A program made the position numbers and the translations under genes. From contig CAVNZM010000006.1 in the NCBI GenBank assembly GCA_963693365.1, positions 6,985,264 through 7,049,263 on the forward strand: 64,000 nt of DNA. The letters are read 5' to 3'. Origin of the DNA: Amoebidium appalachense. Lineage: Eukaryota; Protista; Ichthyosporea. Shown in pieces: positions 22,180 through 34,056 of the stretch (position 1 is its first letter; every line of letters begins with the position of its first letter). The notes under the pieces were generated by a model. It was not told where the DNA came from. It saw nothing but the letters and a program-made list of their open reading frames with translations, and did no database searches.

Positions 22180-22756
22180 CTGAACGATGATCTCTCCATA
22201 CTCCACATAGACCCCGGAATCACAATGCAAGAAAACCCCCGAAATTCAACACCAAAACACAAAATATAGAAGCAGACTAATACGAATCAGCTCAGCACAT
22301 GACACTCGGGCTATTAGCTTGAAGAGAAAGAAGGAAGAAACCGCTATTAATTAAATACCTATTTTCAAAATATAATGCCAAAAATATTTAAGTACTAGTC
22401 TCTCCAACCATGATAAAGGCTTATTAAGAACATATGATTGTTCAACTTCGTCTATTTATGCTGATAGCGGCCGCCGCTATTAATAGCTCATCCAATGAGT
22501 ATCGCGGCATGGGCAAAAAAAAGTTACCAGTGCACGTGATAACTTGAAGAAAAAATCTGATATATGAAACAAACTTTAGTACTTCATAACGCAAGAAAAT
22601 ATATATATATTTATTATCTTTTTAATTAAATTTAATAACGAGCAACTTGGTGAATTCAACTATATGAAAACTTTCAAGCAATCGCAAAAGCGAACCTATA
22701 TCTGGCCCGGCCGCCCAGGCCACATGGCCCACATGGCAGCGCGGATATGATCACGC

Positions 22757-22779
22757 GGGGGGGGGGGGGGGGGGGGGGG

Positions 22780-22842
<63 letters not shown>

Positions 22843-22943
22843 AGAGAGAGAGAGAGAGTGAGAGAGATAGAAGGAGATAGGGAGAGATAGGGAGAGATAG
22901 AGAGATATACAGAGAGATTGAATGAAAGAGAGAGCGAGAGAGA

Positions 22944-23030
<87 letters not shown>

Positions 23031-23071
23031 ACAGTATATCAGCTGCAGGGTGGCCGCCCATATCGGGGGGG

Positions 23072-23110
<39 letters not shown>

Positions 23111-23127
23111 GGGGGGGGGGGGGGGGG
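22757..23127. repeat. poly-G and (GA)n microsatellite tract
   Basis: Read directly. Confidence 0.95.
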
Positions 23128-23279
23128 CACATCAGTGTAAACATAAGTGGTAACCGATTAAATACTTCATGTATCGCCACGTATAAACGTCCTGGTAGCA
23201 TCGTACAAAAATGTTGTTTGTGTGTATACCGTTGTGGTACCCCGGGATGCCATAACCCCGGGCATGTAGATCGATGCTC

Positions 23280-24175
23280 AAATTTCGTGCTTTCCCCCCC
23301 CCCCCCCCCCCCCCCCCCTCCCCGGATGGGTTTTATCATTCCAGACCCAATATACGACACTTTCCCCTCTCCCCCTTGCCTAAAACATGCCTCCCATCCA
23401 CACACCACCCAGTAGCCCCCCAACACAACATGCTTATTGGGCGCTTACCTCGCGCATATCCCCCCCCCTATGTGGGTAAATTTGGATATATCTCCTGAAC
23501 CAAAACCGGCAACCCGTTCCGGACGGTTCTGTTGCATCCCCCAGGTGGGCACACGGCTTTGTGTATACCCACAGCCCTTCACCATCTCTTGCCACTGAGA
23601 AACAGATGCACGTGCCCCCCCCCCCCCCCCCCCCCCCTTTTCACTCTACCGCAAAAATCAATTTTCGAGCTATCCACCCTACCCCCCCCCCCCCCCGGTG
23701 GGTTATGACATTCCAGACCAATATACGACACTGTCCCCCCTCCCCCTCCCCCAATGCATGCCTCCCATCCACACACCACCCAGACCCCCCCTACACAACG
23801 TGTTTATTGGGCGCACACACCGCATTTCCTAGCGCATATTCCCCTCCCCTACGTGGGTAAATTTGGATATATCTTCTGAACCAAAAACGGCAACCCGTTC
23901 CGGACGGTTCTGTTGCATCCCCCAGGTGGGCACACGGCTTTCTGTATAACCACAGCCCTTCACCATCACTTGCCACTGAGAAACAGATGCACGTGCCCCC
24001 CCCCCCCCCCCCCCTTCTTTTTCCCTCTACCGCAGAATGCAATTTTCGAGCTATCCACCCTACCCCTCCCGGTGGGTTATGACATTCCAGATCAAATATT
24101 CGACACTTTCCCCCCTCCCCCTTCCCTAATACATGCCTCCCATCCACACACCACCAACTTTCCCCCTCAACACGT
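23280..24175. repeat. Tandem repeat with a unit of about 360-380 bp, about 2.4 copies
   Basis: GGCAACCCGTTCCGGACGGTTCTGTTGCATCCCCCAGGTGGGCACACGGC at about 23508 and 23889. CATGCCTCCCATCCACACACCACC occurs three times. Confidence 0.9.
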
Positions 24176-24231
24176 CGTGTTTATTCAATTTGTGTCCACA
24201 CAGTCCCCCCTCCCCCCCCCCCCTCCCCACA

Positions 24232-24302
<71 letters not shown>

Positions 24303-24444
24303 CCCTACCCTGTTTTTATCATTACTAATCGACCTACATGATAATAGTAGGGGGGGATACCATTGTACATCAATCAAGTACAATATGGCAATATGGGTGA
24401 GGATTAATGTATAGGGCAGGCCACACTTAAGCATATACCAGCAG

Positions 24445-24486
<42 letters not shown>

Positions 24487-24877
24487 GTTTTGTACGGGTC
24501 TAAGGGAGCAGAGTGCACACAGGTGTTATGTAAAACATGACCAACACAATAAAGAGAGGGCAAACAGAGTTGTTCACGACACTTGAAACCTTTCGATTTC
24601 AACAACAACTAACTTTTATTGTGCTCTCGGGCCTTTTTGTACTGGCCTCCCCCTCTCCCCCCCCCCCCCCCCTCTGAGTTCCTGCCCATTTAGGAGCCAG
24701 ATAGAGAGAGAGCCAGAGATAGATATAGAGAGAGAGAGGGAGAAAGTGAGAGGGAGAGAGAGAGAGATAGAGAGAGAGGGAGAGAGAGTGTGTGATTATG
24801 GGACGGTGATCCAAGATGCTCTAGCTACAAAGTTTATCCTTCTGAATCGGTGAAGTAACACCATTGTGTTTTCACAG

Positions 24878-25297
24878 GGGTTTGCACAGGAAACTGTAAC
24901 CCTCGAATTCGAGGGAGCTGCACCCACTACATTCTTGTGGAGGCAGCCCAAACACTGTCTCCAACGCATCCTTCTGGCCCCAGTGCTGGCTGAGAAACCC
25001 GACCTGGTCCCCTTTAGGTCTGAGTTCCCCGTCGATGAGACTGGGGAAAGGGTATACAAGGATCTCACAACTGGAGACTGGTTTCACCAGACAGAGCTGC
25101 AGCTGGCACCTTCCCATTGTTGGCCATCACGCTTTTTCAGACAGCACCCAGCTAACCAGCTTCGCGAACGCCAAGTGCTACCCTATTTATATGAGCATTG
25201 GGAACCTCCGCAACTGCGCAAGGTCCGAGGACTGGGCCAAGTGAGACCTCCCCCCCCCCCCCCCCTCCCCCCCCCCCCCCCCCCCCATGAGAGATTG

Positions 25298-25356
<59 letters not shown>

Positions 25357-26997
25357 GGGAGAGGGAGGGTGAGGGGGAGGGAGGGAGGGAGGGAGGGAGG
25401 GAGCGAGGGAGGTAGGGAGGGAGGGAGGGAGGGAGGGAGGAAGGAGGGAGAGGCAGGGAGGGAGGGAGGGAGGGAGGCCGGGAGGGAGGGACGGAGGGAG
25501 GGACGGAGGGAGGGACGGACGGAGGGATGGAGGCAGGGAAGAAGGAAGGAGTGTCGAGTTTTGACTTGTCGTCTGTCGTCCACGTTTCTAACAAAATGGT
25601 ATTCCGAGGTAACAGAAGGGTAGCTTCTGATATTCTTTGTGCTGTACGGAAAAATAGAATTGGTACACTGACAAGTACATATGATACCTATTGAGTACCT
25701 TAAGTTACCTAATGATAACATTATGTTATAATGGTTTTTTTCCCGACAAATTGACACTCAGTCGAATGCAATCTCTCTGCAGGATCCCTATTGCCTACAT
25801 ACCCGAGCCGTGTTGGGAGCAAGGAGCAAAGGTCAATGAAAGGTTCCTGCCACAGGCCCGTTTGGCCCTCTTCCACTATATCCTTGATTTTGTCATCGGC
25901 GAGCCTCTGCGTCAGCTTAACGCAGACGGAGGGTTCTGGGCTTGGTTCCCCGACAACGTGTGGAGATTGATGGCCCCAATGGTGTCATACTACGTGTCCG
26001 ACTGGCCGGAAGGAAGAAAGATACGCTGTCTGAAGAGGTGAGTGTTCTGTTTTTAGCCACATTCAAATTTGCATCCACAGAGATAGACTAGGGGAGAAAT
26101 TGTCTGGGGGAGAGTGGGGGGGAAGGGGAGGGGTGGTGTGTGTGTGGGAATGTTTGGGGGGGGGGGGGGGGGGGGGGGGGGAGGGGGGTTAACTTGTACG
26201 TTGGATGACGGATGATAGTATGCTAGTTGCTATGTAATGTGGTGGGTACGTCACACATGTTAGGTGGTGGATTTAGATAGTGGTAAATTTAGATAGTTAC
26301 GAATTTCGGTTGTTTTTTTTCTTTTTTTTTTTTTGGTTTTTTCCTACGTTTTTTTATATGGTTCCTTTTTTTGTGTGTTTGCACGTGTGTAGGAAAGGGA
26401 GCAAGGGGGGGGATGGGGTTGGGGGGGGGGGGGGGGGAGGAGGGTTAACCACTAGTTTCTACCTAGGATACATCTGCTTATATTTATACCATTCACAGCA
26501 ACAAGACCAGATGCCCATGTCACCTGTGCCTGACAAAGAACAAACACATGCCGAAGGTATGGAGACCGCTGCAGCCAAGGACAGAGCAACTCATGCTCGA
26601 CCTGTATGACAAGGTGCAGGAATTTCCGGACACAAGAGCTGGGAGGGCCGCTGGCAAGGTCCTCCTTGGTTTTTACTTTGCACAGCCAGCGAAAAATGCC
26701 GCCGTCAATTTCCCTGGCTTTTTATTCCTCCGCGGCGTAATTCCAGAACGTCTCCGTCAGGCTGATATTGGTGTATTTAAAACCCTTATCAAGCATTATA
26801 TTGGTTACATATCAGAGGTTTGTGGTGAGGTATATGGGGTGGGGTCACGCACAGCACAGGTCGAGGCTAACCGCCTTGAGGCGGAGTTCAACAACCTTGT
26901 GAAAAACATGACTCGATTCCATGGCCTGAAGCAGTGCGACACAGATGTATCATCGCTGACGCACATGACAGCTTCTGAGCTCAGGGACCTGATGCAG
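24878..26997 (+). pseudogene. Plavaka-type transposase, three recognisable exons (24878-25240, 25783-26037, 26499-26997); one frameshift, 3' part missing
   Basis: Motifs GERVYKDLTTGDWF, SDSTQLTSF...YPIYMSIGNL, AYIP, LFHYIL, YYVSDWPE, CPCHLC, ERLRQADIGVFK, RFHGL...TASELRDL match my recollection of Plavaka transposases (PF18759). The GT-AG junctions join in frame (AA|G = K; AG|C = S). Confidence 0.85.
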
Positions 26998-27319
26998 GTG
27001 CCCCCCCCACCCCCCTCCCCCCCCCCCCCCCCCCCCCCCCCCACACACACACTGCACACACGTCATCCCCAACCAGCCCGTGTCATTTGTATGTATAACG
27101 TAATGTTAACATGGGGTTACACAGGGTGATAGCAACGGGAACCATTCTGGTTATCATGTAAGATGTGAGTGTTAACATAGAATAGCAATGATGTAACAAT
27201 ATGACATAACAGTGTAACAATATGACAACAGTGTGCACGGTAGTACTCCCCACAAGAATGCACTATGTAACCCCGGTTTCCACTACCCTTCTAACCCACC
27301 CCCCACCCACCCACCCACC

Positions 27320-27345
27320 CACACAAACACACACACAAACACACA

Positions 27346-27413
<68 letters not shown>

Positions 27414-27500
27414 CGACACACAATAACACAACACGCACACACACACACACACACACGACACACACACACACACACACACACACGACACACACACACACAC

Positions 27501-27582
<82 letters not shown>
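27320..27582. repeat. Imperfect (CA)n microsatellite
   Basis: Read directly. Confidence 0.95.
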
Positions 27583-27584
<2 letters not shown>

Positions 27585-27585
27585 C

Positions 27586-30500
27586 GACGCAAGTCTCAAA
27601 AGTCTGGCCGTTTGCAGTCCAACGCCCTCCCCTGGAACAGCCTGCCGGCAGAAACCGTCAACAGTGTGGTTTCAGCCCTCAAGGCGCGCTCGGTGGCTTT
27701 TGATGACCCTGAGATAGTCGGTTGGAAAGCCACCGACCAGCTGCACTTCCTCTGTCGCACTCCTCGCAGCGGCCGTGCCTCCCCCCCACCTGGGTCGCCC
27801 TCTCCCCAGCGGCATTCTGACGGTGTAGACGTCCAAGAGCAGCTGCAGGCGCTTTCTGCCCAAGTGCAAGCCCTCTCTGTTGCCCAGTGCCGGCGGCCTG
27901 CTGAGCACTCTGTCTGCGCGGGCAAAGGGCAAGGAGCCTGTCTATGTGTCTGACACGGGCAGTGAAGACACCCCATCGGCGAGTGAGGATTCTTCTTCCA
28001 GTAGCAGTGGCTACGGTCGTTCCTCTCGCCGCCGTCGTTCCTCTGGCCGTTCCAAACCCAACCCCAGCCGGTATCTGCTCTCCAGCGGCGCCAAAGTCAA
28101 ACTGCGCGTCAAAGAAACGTCTGGCCCCTTCCTACCTCAAGAGCACCTTGGCGGACCAGGCCTCGGTCACTGCGGCTGTCCACGCGGCAGATTGGGTCAG
28201 CTACCGCAACAAACTGGAGGCTCTGACGCTTGCCCGTATGCTGGATCTGCTGCTGGCCGCCGACCCTAAGGCCCGCAAGGAGTCGCCTGCTGTGGAAGTT
28301 GGTGTGCGCCGTCTGCTGGCTGTGCAGACTGCTGATCAGTCCAACGGGGGACTGGGCTGTTGCAGAGCAGTTGTGGCAGCCTGCCACTGCCTCCTGCCAT
28401 GGCCACCCGGGCTGTTCGTCAAGCCAAGATCCTCGCCGAAGTCACCCGGGCTCGGCGCGGTCTCAGCAGCGGCCCATCCGGCGCCGGTCCATCGACCCCT
28501 CCGGGGGCCGGTGGCCACAGGGCCTAAACAGCCCTTTGGGGGTTCGGCACGCGGTTCTGTATATTATTATCTTGTGGTTTCCTGCCATGTGCGTGCCCTT
28601 GATTAAATATGCCCCCTAATTTTTCTAAGGATTCCGCAGCTATGCCACGTCATGTCTTTGCCGCCTCTGATTTGTTTCCTGTTCCGGCCATTCCTGTGCC
28701 GAACCGTTCTGGGCAAGACCGTATACGGAGTCAACGCCGTCGGCAACGTCTGTCTCACCGCCTGAAGGGGGTTAGCTTGGCTAACCGTTGTCTTGGTGCC
28801 CTCAACGAGCTGTGGGCAGGCGGCCCTTGCCCATTCCCGACCCGGTCTGTGAACAGTCACCACCATGCCCTGTGGACATTTGTCCTTCGGGCAAGCTACG
28901 ATGCTATACGCGCGCGCGGGTGTCTACGACGCTCAACCTGCGAGTAGTGTCTTGGCTGAGTTCCCTGCGGCCTACCCTGTATTGACAGGATGGCTACCTC
29001 TCACGGCGGCAAATGCCGCTTTGCCACCCCCTGGGGTTGGAGCCACAGTGGACGTGTTGCAGTTTTTGCCTCCTACACTGCAGCGTTTTTTGGCCAACTG
29101 CGACGGCGGCCTTCTCAAGCCTGTTCCGCCGACGCCTGCAGAGCTGCGCCGCATCCGCCCGGCGCATCACGTTCCAAGTGTGGAATACGGTCCTCTGCTT
29201 CTTCGGCTTCAAGACTGCGGCATGGTGAACTATTTCAAGGCGGAGGAAAAACCACTGGCCATCAATGGGCTGTTTGGGGTCCCCAAAGACACCAGAGCCC
29301 GCGTCATTTTGACGGCCGCCGTGGCAAACTGTTCTCTGCCCGTGATCATCCGGCCCTCAAGACGCACCTGCCCAACCCTGCCGATTTTGCCGATCTGTTG
29401 CTGGGACCTGAGGATTGCCTCTATGTTGTCAAGTCGGACATGGACAACCAGTTCCATTGTCTTCTTGCCCCCGAGTTGCTGTGGCGGTACTTCGGATTGC
29501 CGCCTGTGTCTTCAAAGGCTGTTGGCATTTCTGGGCCCGACCGGCTTGTGAACCCGGCCCTCAAGACCGTGCCCATGGGCTGGGTGCATTCTGTGCTTGT
29601 GGCTCAAGACGTCCATGGGCAGTTGGCTGACCGAGCCGTCATGCCCCGCATTGAGCGCCTCTGGGCGATAGTGCCGCGGCCTGTGGAGGCCACGCAGCAT
29701 GCCCTGTATGTGGACGACTGTGGCTGGGTCGGCACAGATGCCACCGCCATCAATCGTCAGCGTGAATCGTATCATGGCGTCACCGGCCTGGCTGGTCTTC
29801 CCTCCAACGTCAAGAAGGATGCGGCTGCTGGTTCGTTGTCCTCTATGGTGCTGCTAGGCCTTGAAATGCATTGCTCTGGGATTTTGCGCCCGTCTGGTGC
29901 TTCCTTGTGCCGTCTGGTGGCGGAAACCCAGGCTGTGTTGCGTCGTGGTGTCGTCATGCAGCTCCGTTTGCAGCATTTGCTTGGTGGTTGGGTGTGGGCG
30001 GCACTGCTGCAGCGGCCGCTTTTGTCGGTTCTGAGTGCCGTCTACAGTTTTGTAGAGCAGCTGGGGGGTCGGGAACAGCCCCTTCCCCCGCCCGTGGTGT
30101 GGGAGCTTCAGGCGATGTGTGCTTTGGCCCCTTTGATGTGTTGTGATTTGCGTTCTGGGTTTGCTAGCACCATGTTCTGCACTGATGCTTCCTTGTTGGG
30201 TGGTGCAGTGGTGTCCCGGGTGCTTCCAGCAACGCTTCTCCGCCAAGTGCTGCCTCACTGCAACCGGCGTGGCCACTACAGCCAGCTGTCTGGTCCTGTG
30301 CACGAGCCAAGCCCGTCCGCCCCCCCGGCGCCTATCCTGGCAGCTGTTGGTGGCCGGTGGACCACCAACATCAGTCATCGTTGGCGCCACTCCGACCACA
30401 TCAACATTCTGGAGGGAGAAGCCTTGCTCCTGGGGCTTCGTCAATTAGGTCGGTCTACGGCTGCCCGGAGCTCCCGCTACCTTTGGGGCCTTGATTCAAC

Positions 30501-31672
30501 GGCGCTGCTTGGGGCTGTTGCTAAGGGTCGTTCAGCATCCCGACGCCTTAACCGTGTATGCCGCCAGGTGGCTGCCTACACGCTTGCCCTCGACATTCGT
30601 TTGTATTGTGTGTGGCTGCCGTCAGCCCACAATCCTGCAGATGGTCCCTCGCGGTTTTCTGGCTGACCAGGCCATAAAGCCCCCAACCCTCAAGGCCTAC
30701 CGGGATGCTGTTGTTGAGTTCCTGGATTGGTTGCCCCCTGGTACCGACACCAAGTCCCCCGCCGAACTGGACGACCTCCTGGTGGAGTATTTTGAGGAGT
30801 GTTATGCCATTGATCCATCGCGTGGCCAGCGTCAGCGCTGTGTCAACACAGCTGCCGGCATCAAGCATTTCATGCCACGCCTGGGTCCACACCTGCAGGC
30901 CGCCCAACGGAGCCTGCCGGGCTGGAACCGACTTGTTCCAGCAAAGACCACGCCCCCGCTTCCGTTTTCATTGGTCCTCGTCATTGGCCATCATTTGTAT
31001 TCCAATATTGGCCCCTTGTTTGGTATTGCTGTTTTGCTCGGATTTGAGTGTTATTTTCGTGTCAGTGAGCTGCTTATGCTCACCCGTGGGGATCTTATTT
31101 TACCCGACGACCCCGTTCCCCACGACATGCCACACGGTACAGGCGGCATCCGCCTGGCCGAAACCAAGACCGGTCCAAATCAGTTTGTCCCCATCACCGA
31201 TCCGTCCCTGTTGGCCATCCTGTCTTTCTGGTTCCGTGGTGCCCCCCTTCTGCGCGGCTGTTTCCTTTCTCGTATGATGTTCTGCGTGCCAAGTTCCAAG
31301 CGGCATGTGACTCCCTGGGCCTCAACGAGTATGGGTTCCATCTTCACAGTCTTCGCCATGGTGGTGCCTCGAGAGACTACGTCAGGGGTGTTTCGGTAAA
31401 GACGATTGCTCTGCGTGGTCGGTGGAGATCGCATGCCTCCCTCCGCCGGTACGTGTAGGCCGGCCAGTCTCTTGTTCTTGCTATTCGGGTGCCTGCGTCG
31501 CTCCTTGCCCTGGCTGCAGCGCTGCGTCAGTCACCCACGGCATGGTTTGTTCCTTCCCGTGCCAAATAGGGAGTGGTGGAGCACACCTGTGCCTGCTTGT
31601 GAGATTGATGCACAGGGACCGGGCTCATGTATCCCCTTGCTGGGGCTGGTAAAGACGACGTTGGCATAAGAA
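27586..31672 (+). mobile_element. Ngaro-like tyrosine-recombinase retrotransposon copy, 5'-truncated and ending at repeat B1; ORF1, RT/RH and YR all frameshifted
   Basis: Colinear with 44366-48493. Contains YVDD, TDAS, HINILE, NPADGPSR and YFRVSE motifs. Ends GGCATAAGAA. Confidence 0.92.
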
Positions 31673-31793
31673 TGAATATTCGTATGTATATACATAGGTT
31701 ATACATTGTATATCCCATAGGTTATACATTGAATATACATAGAATATCCTATGTATAGTGCAATGTATACACATCAGATATACATATGACAAT

Positions 31794-31836
31794 ACGCTTT
31801 ACGACATCCATAAACCCTATGGATGTCGTAAAGCGT
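31794..31836. other. Perfect 19-bp inverted repeat with a 5-nt loop
   Basis: ACGCTTTACGACATCCATA-AACCC-TATGGATGTCGTAAAGCGT. Confidence 0.95.
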
Positions 31837-31919
31837 GTATCAATGTATATACATAAGACGCTCCGTTTACCCCATGGAACTCTTTACACTATCGGAAAGA
31901 CTTCGTGCAACCACTCCAT

Positions 31920-32108
31920 ATGAGTGTTATTTTCGTGTCAGTGAGCTGCTTATGCTCACCCGTGCGGATCTTGTTTTGCCCGACGACCCCGTTCCCCACG
32001 ACATGCCACCCGGTACAGGCTACATCCGCCTGGCCGACACCAAGACCGGTCCAAATCAGTTTGTCCCCATCACCGATCCGTCCCTGTTGGCCATCCTGTC
32101 TTTCTGGA
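31920..32108 (+). mobile_element. Isolated fragment of the Ngaro-like tyrosine recombinase gene
   Basis: ECYFRVSELLMLTRADL...LSFW, matching about 47865-48052. Confidence 0.9.
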
Positions 32109-32463
32109 GTTTCCGGCCGAGGCCCTCGACTTATCTTGAAGATCAGTTACTCAAAGTTATAAACACAGTGTTTCCTGTTTTATGGAAACCCAGTGCGAAG
32201 CTGATGGCAAAACTTCCTGTTCCACGGTTTTCCGTAACCTTGAGGGAATTGATCTTTGCCTACCCGTCAGTCATTTTATCAGATATGTGTATGGTCTTGA
32301 ACATGCCCCGGATCTTTCAGTAAACGGCCACGCGCATAAACTAAGTGACCGCTTGCACTCTATCAGATAGATGTGAGCACATTGCACTCACTTTATTTAT
32401 GTCACCACATAAACACGTGGACGGTGTACAAATGATCATCCGGGACTTTCACTCTTCACTTTA

Positions 32464-34056
32464 TATATAGTTTGTAGACGTGTTTCCTTTGCAGGAGAAT
32501 TAGATAGCCCCGTTGGTGTGAAATTGTGTGTTGCGAGTGTGCTGTAGAATTCGTAGTAGTAGCATGTTGCAAGTCTTAAAAGTCTGGCCGTTTTGCAGTT
32601 AAACGCCCTCCCCTGGAACAGCCTGCCGGCAGAAACCGTCAACAGTGTGGTTTCAGCCCTCAGGGCGCGCTTGGTGGCTTTTGATGAACCTGAGATGGTC
32701 GGTTGGAAAGTGAGCCGGTGCCTGTGGATCAATCTCACAAGCAGGCACAGGTGTACTCCACAGGAGCAATGAAAAGAATGACAAATGTCATACAGAAACA
32801 TGCTCAAAAAACGTAGCCTAGTGCCTAAATAGGCAAGGGTGTGGTGGGTGGGCAAAAAAACTTGAGCTAAAAAATTGGGTCTAAAGAGACCTAAACGCGC
32901 TCAGTAGCGCCGCAACTGACCTCCCTGGGGCCGCGCAAGCTCATTATATAGCGCGGCCAACATTTTTGCCTATGAAAATATGAAGAAATGACTTAGAACC
33001 TATCAAATCCATGAAATCTACCAAAATGGAATTTTTGCTGCATATCAACCAATGAAAAATTTTCACAAGTGGCTAAAACCCCAGGATCACAAAGACCAAA
33101 TCAATTGCCCCCCATTTCGGACTAGATATAACTCACACTCATCAATATATCCGTATGGCATATCCCACAGAACATAAAAACAACTACAGCTCCCTAAATA
33201 AAATTGCTAGCAGCCTGAAACTTTGCACACACATCAAACACACCAAGGCCCAAAGCTACCGCAACAAACAGGAGGCTCTGACGCTTGCCCGTATGCTGGA
33301 TCTGCTGCTGGCCGCCGACCCTAAGGCCCGCAAGGAGTCACCTGCTGTGGAAGTTGGTGTGCGCCGTCTGCTGGCTGTGCAGACTGCTGATCAGTCCAAC
33401 GAGGACTGGGCTGTTGCAGAGCAGTTTGAGGAGCTCCCTGCGCGCAGCCTGCCCCTGCCCCCTGCCTTGGCCACCCGGGCTGTTCGTCAAGCCAAGACCC
33501 TCGCCGAAGTCACCCAGGCTCGGCGCAGGCGCGGTCCCGGCAGTGGCCCATCCGGAGCCGGTCCATCGACCCCTCCGGGGACCGGTGGCCACAGGGCCTA
33601 AACGGCCCTTTGGGGGTTCGGCACGCGGTTCTGTATATTATTTTCTTGTGGTTTCCTGCCACGTGCCCTTGATTAAATATGCCCCCTAATTTTTCTAAGG
33701 ATTCCACAGCTATGCCACGTCATGTCTTTGCCGCCTCTGATTTGTTTCCTGTTCCGGCCATTCCTGTGCCGGACCGTTCTGGACAAGCCCGTCTACGGAG
33801 TCAACGCCGTCGGCAACGTCTGTCTCACCGCCTGAAGGGGGGTTACCTTGGCTAACCGTTGTCTTGGTGCCCTCAACGAGCTCTGGGCAGGCGGCCCTTG
33901 CCCATTCCCGACCCGGTTGGTGAACAGTCACCACCATGCCCTGTGGACCTTTGTCCTTAGGGCCAGCTACGATGCTATACGCGCGGGTGTCTACGACGCT
34001 CAGCTTGGGAGTAGTGTCTTGGCTGCGTTCCCCGCGGCCTACCCTGTATTGACAGG
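32464..34056. mobile_element. Scrambled Ngaro-like fragments: A start (+), ORF1 piece (+), B-spacer-A piece (-), ORF1/ORF2 piece (+)
   Basis: Segments at about 32464-32567, 32568-32711, 32712-33251 and 33254-34056 each match the full-length copy. Confidence 0.88.

Noticed and set aside
27222-27703. HT- and CV-repeat ORFs (also 38-40 kb and 53.5-55.7 kb)
   Set aside because: They are translations of (CA)n/(TG)n microsatellites.
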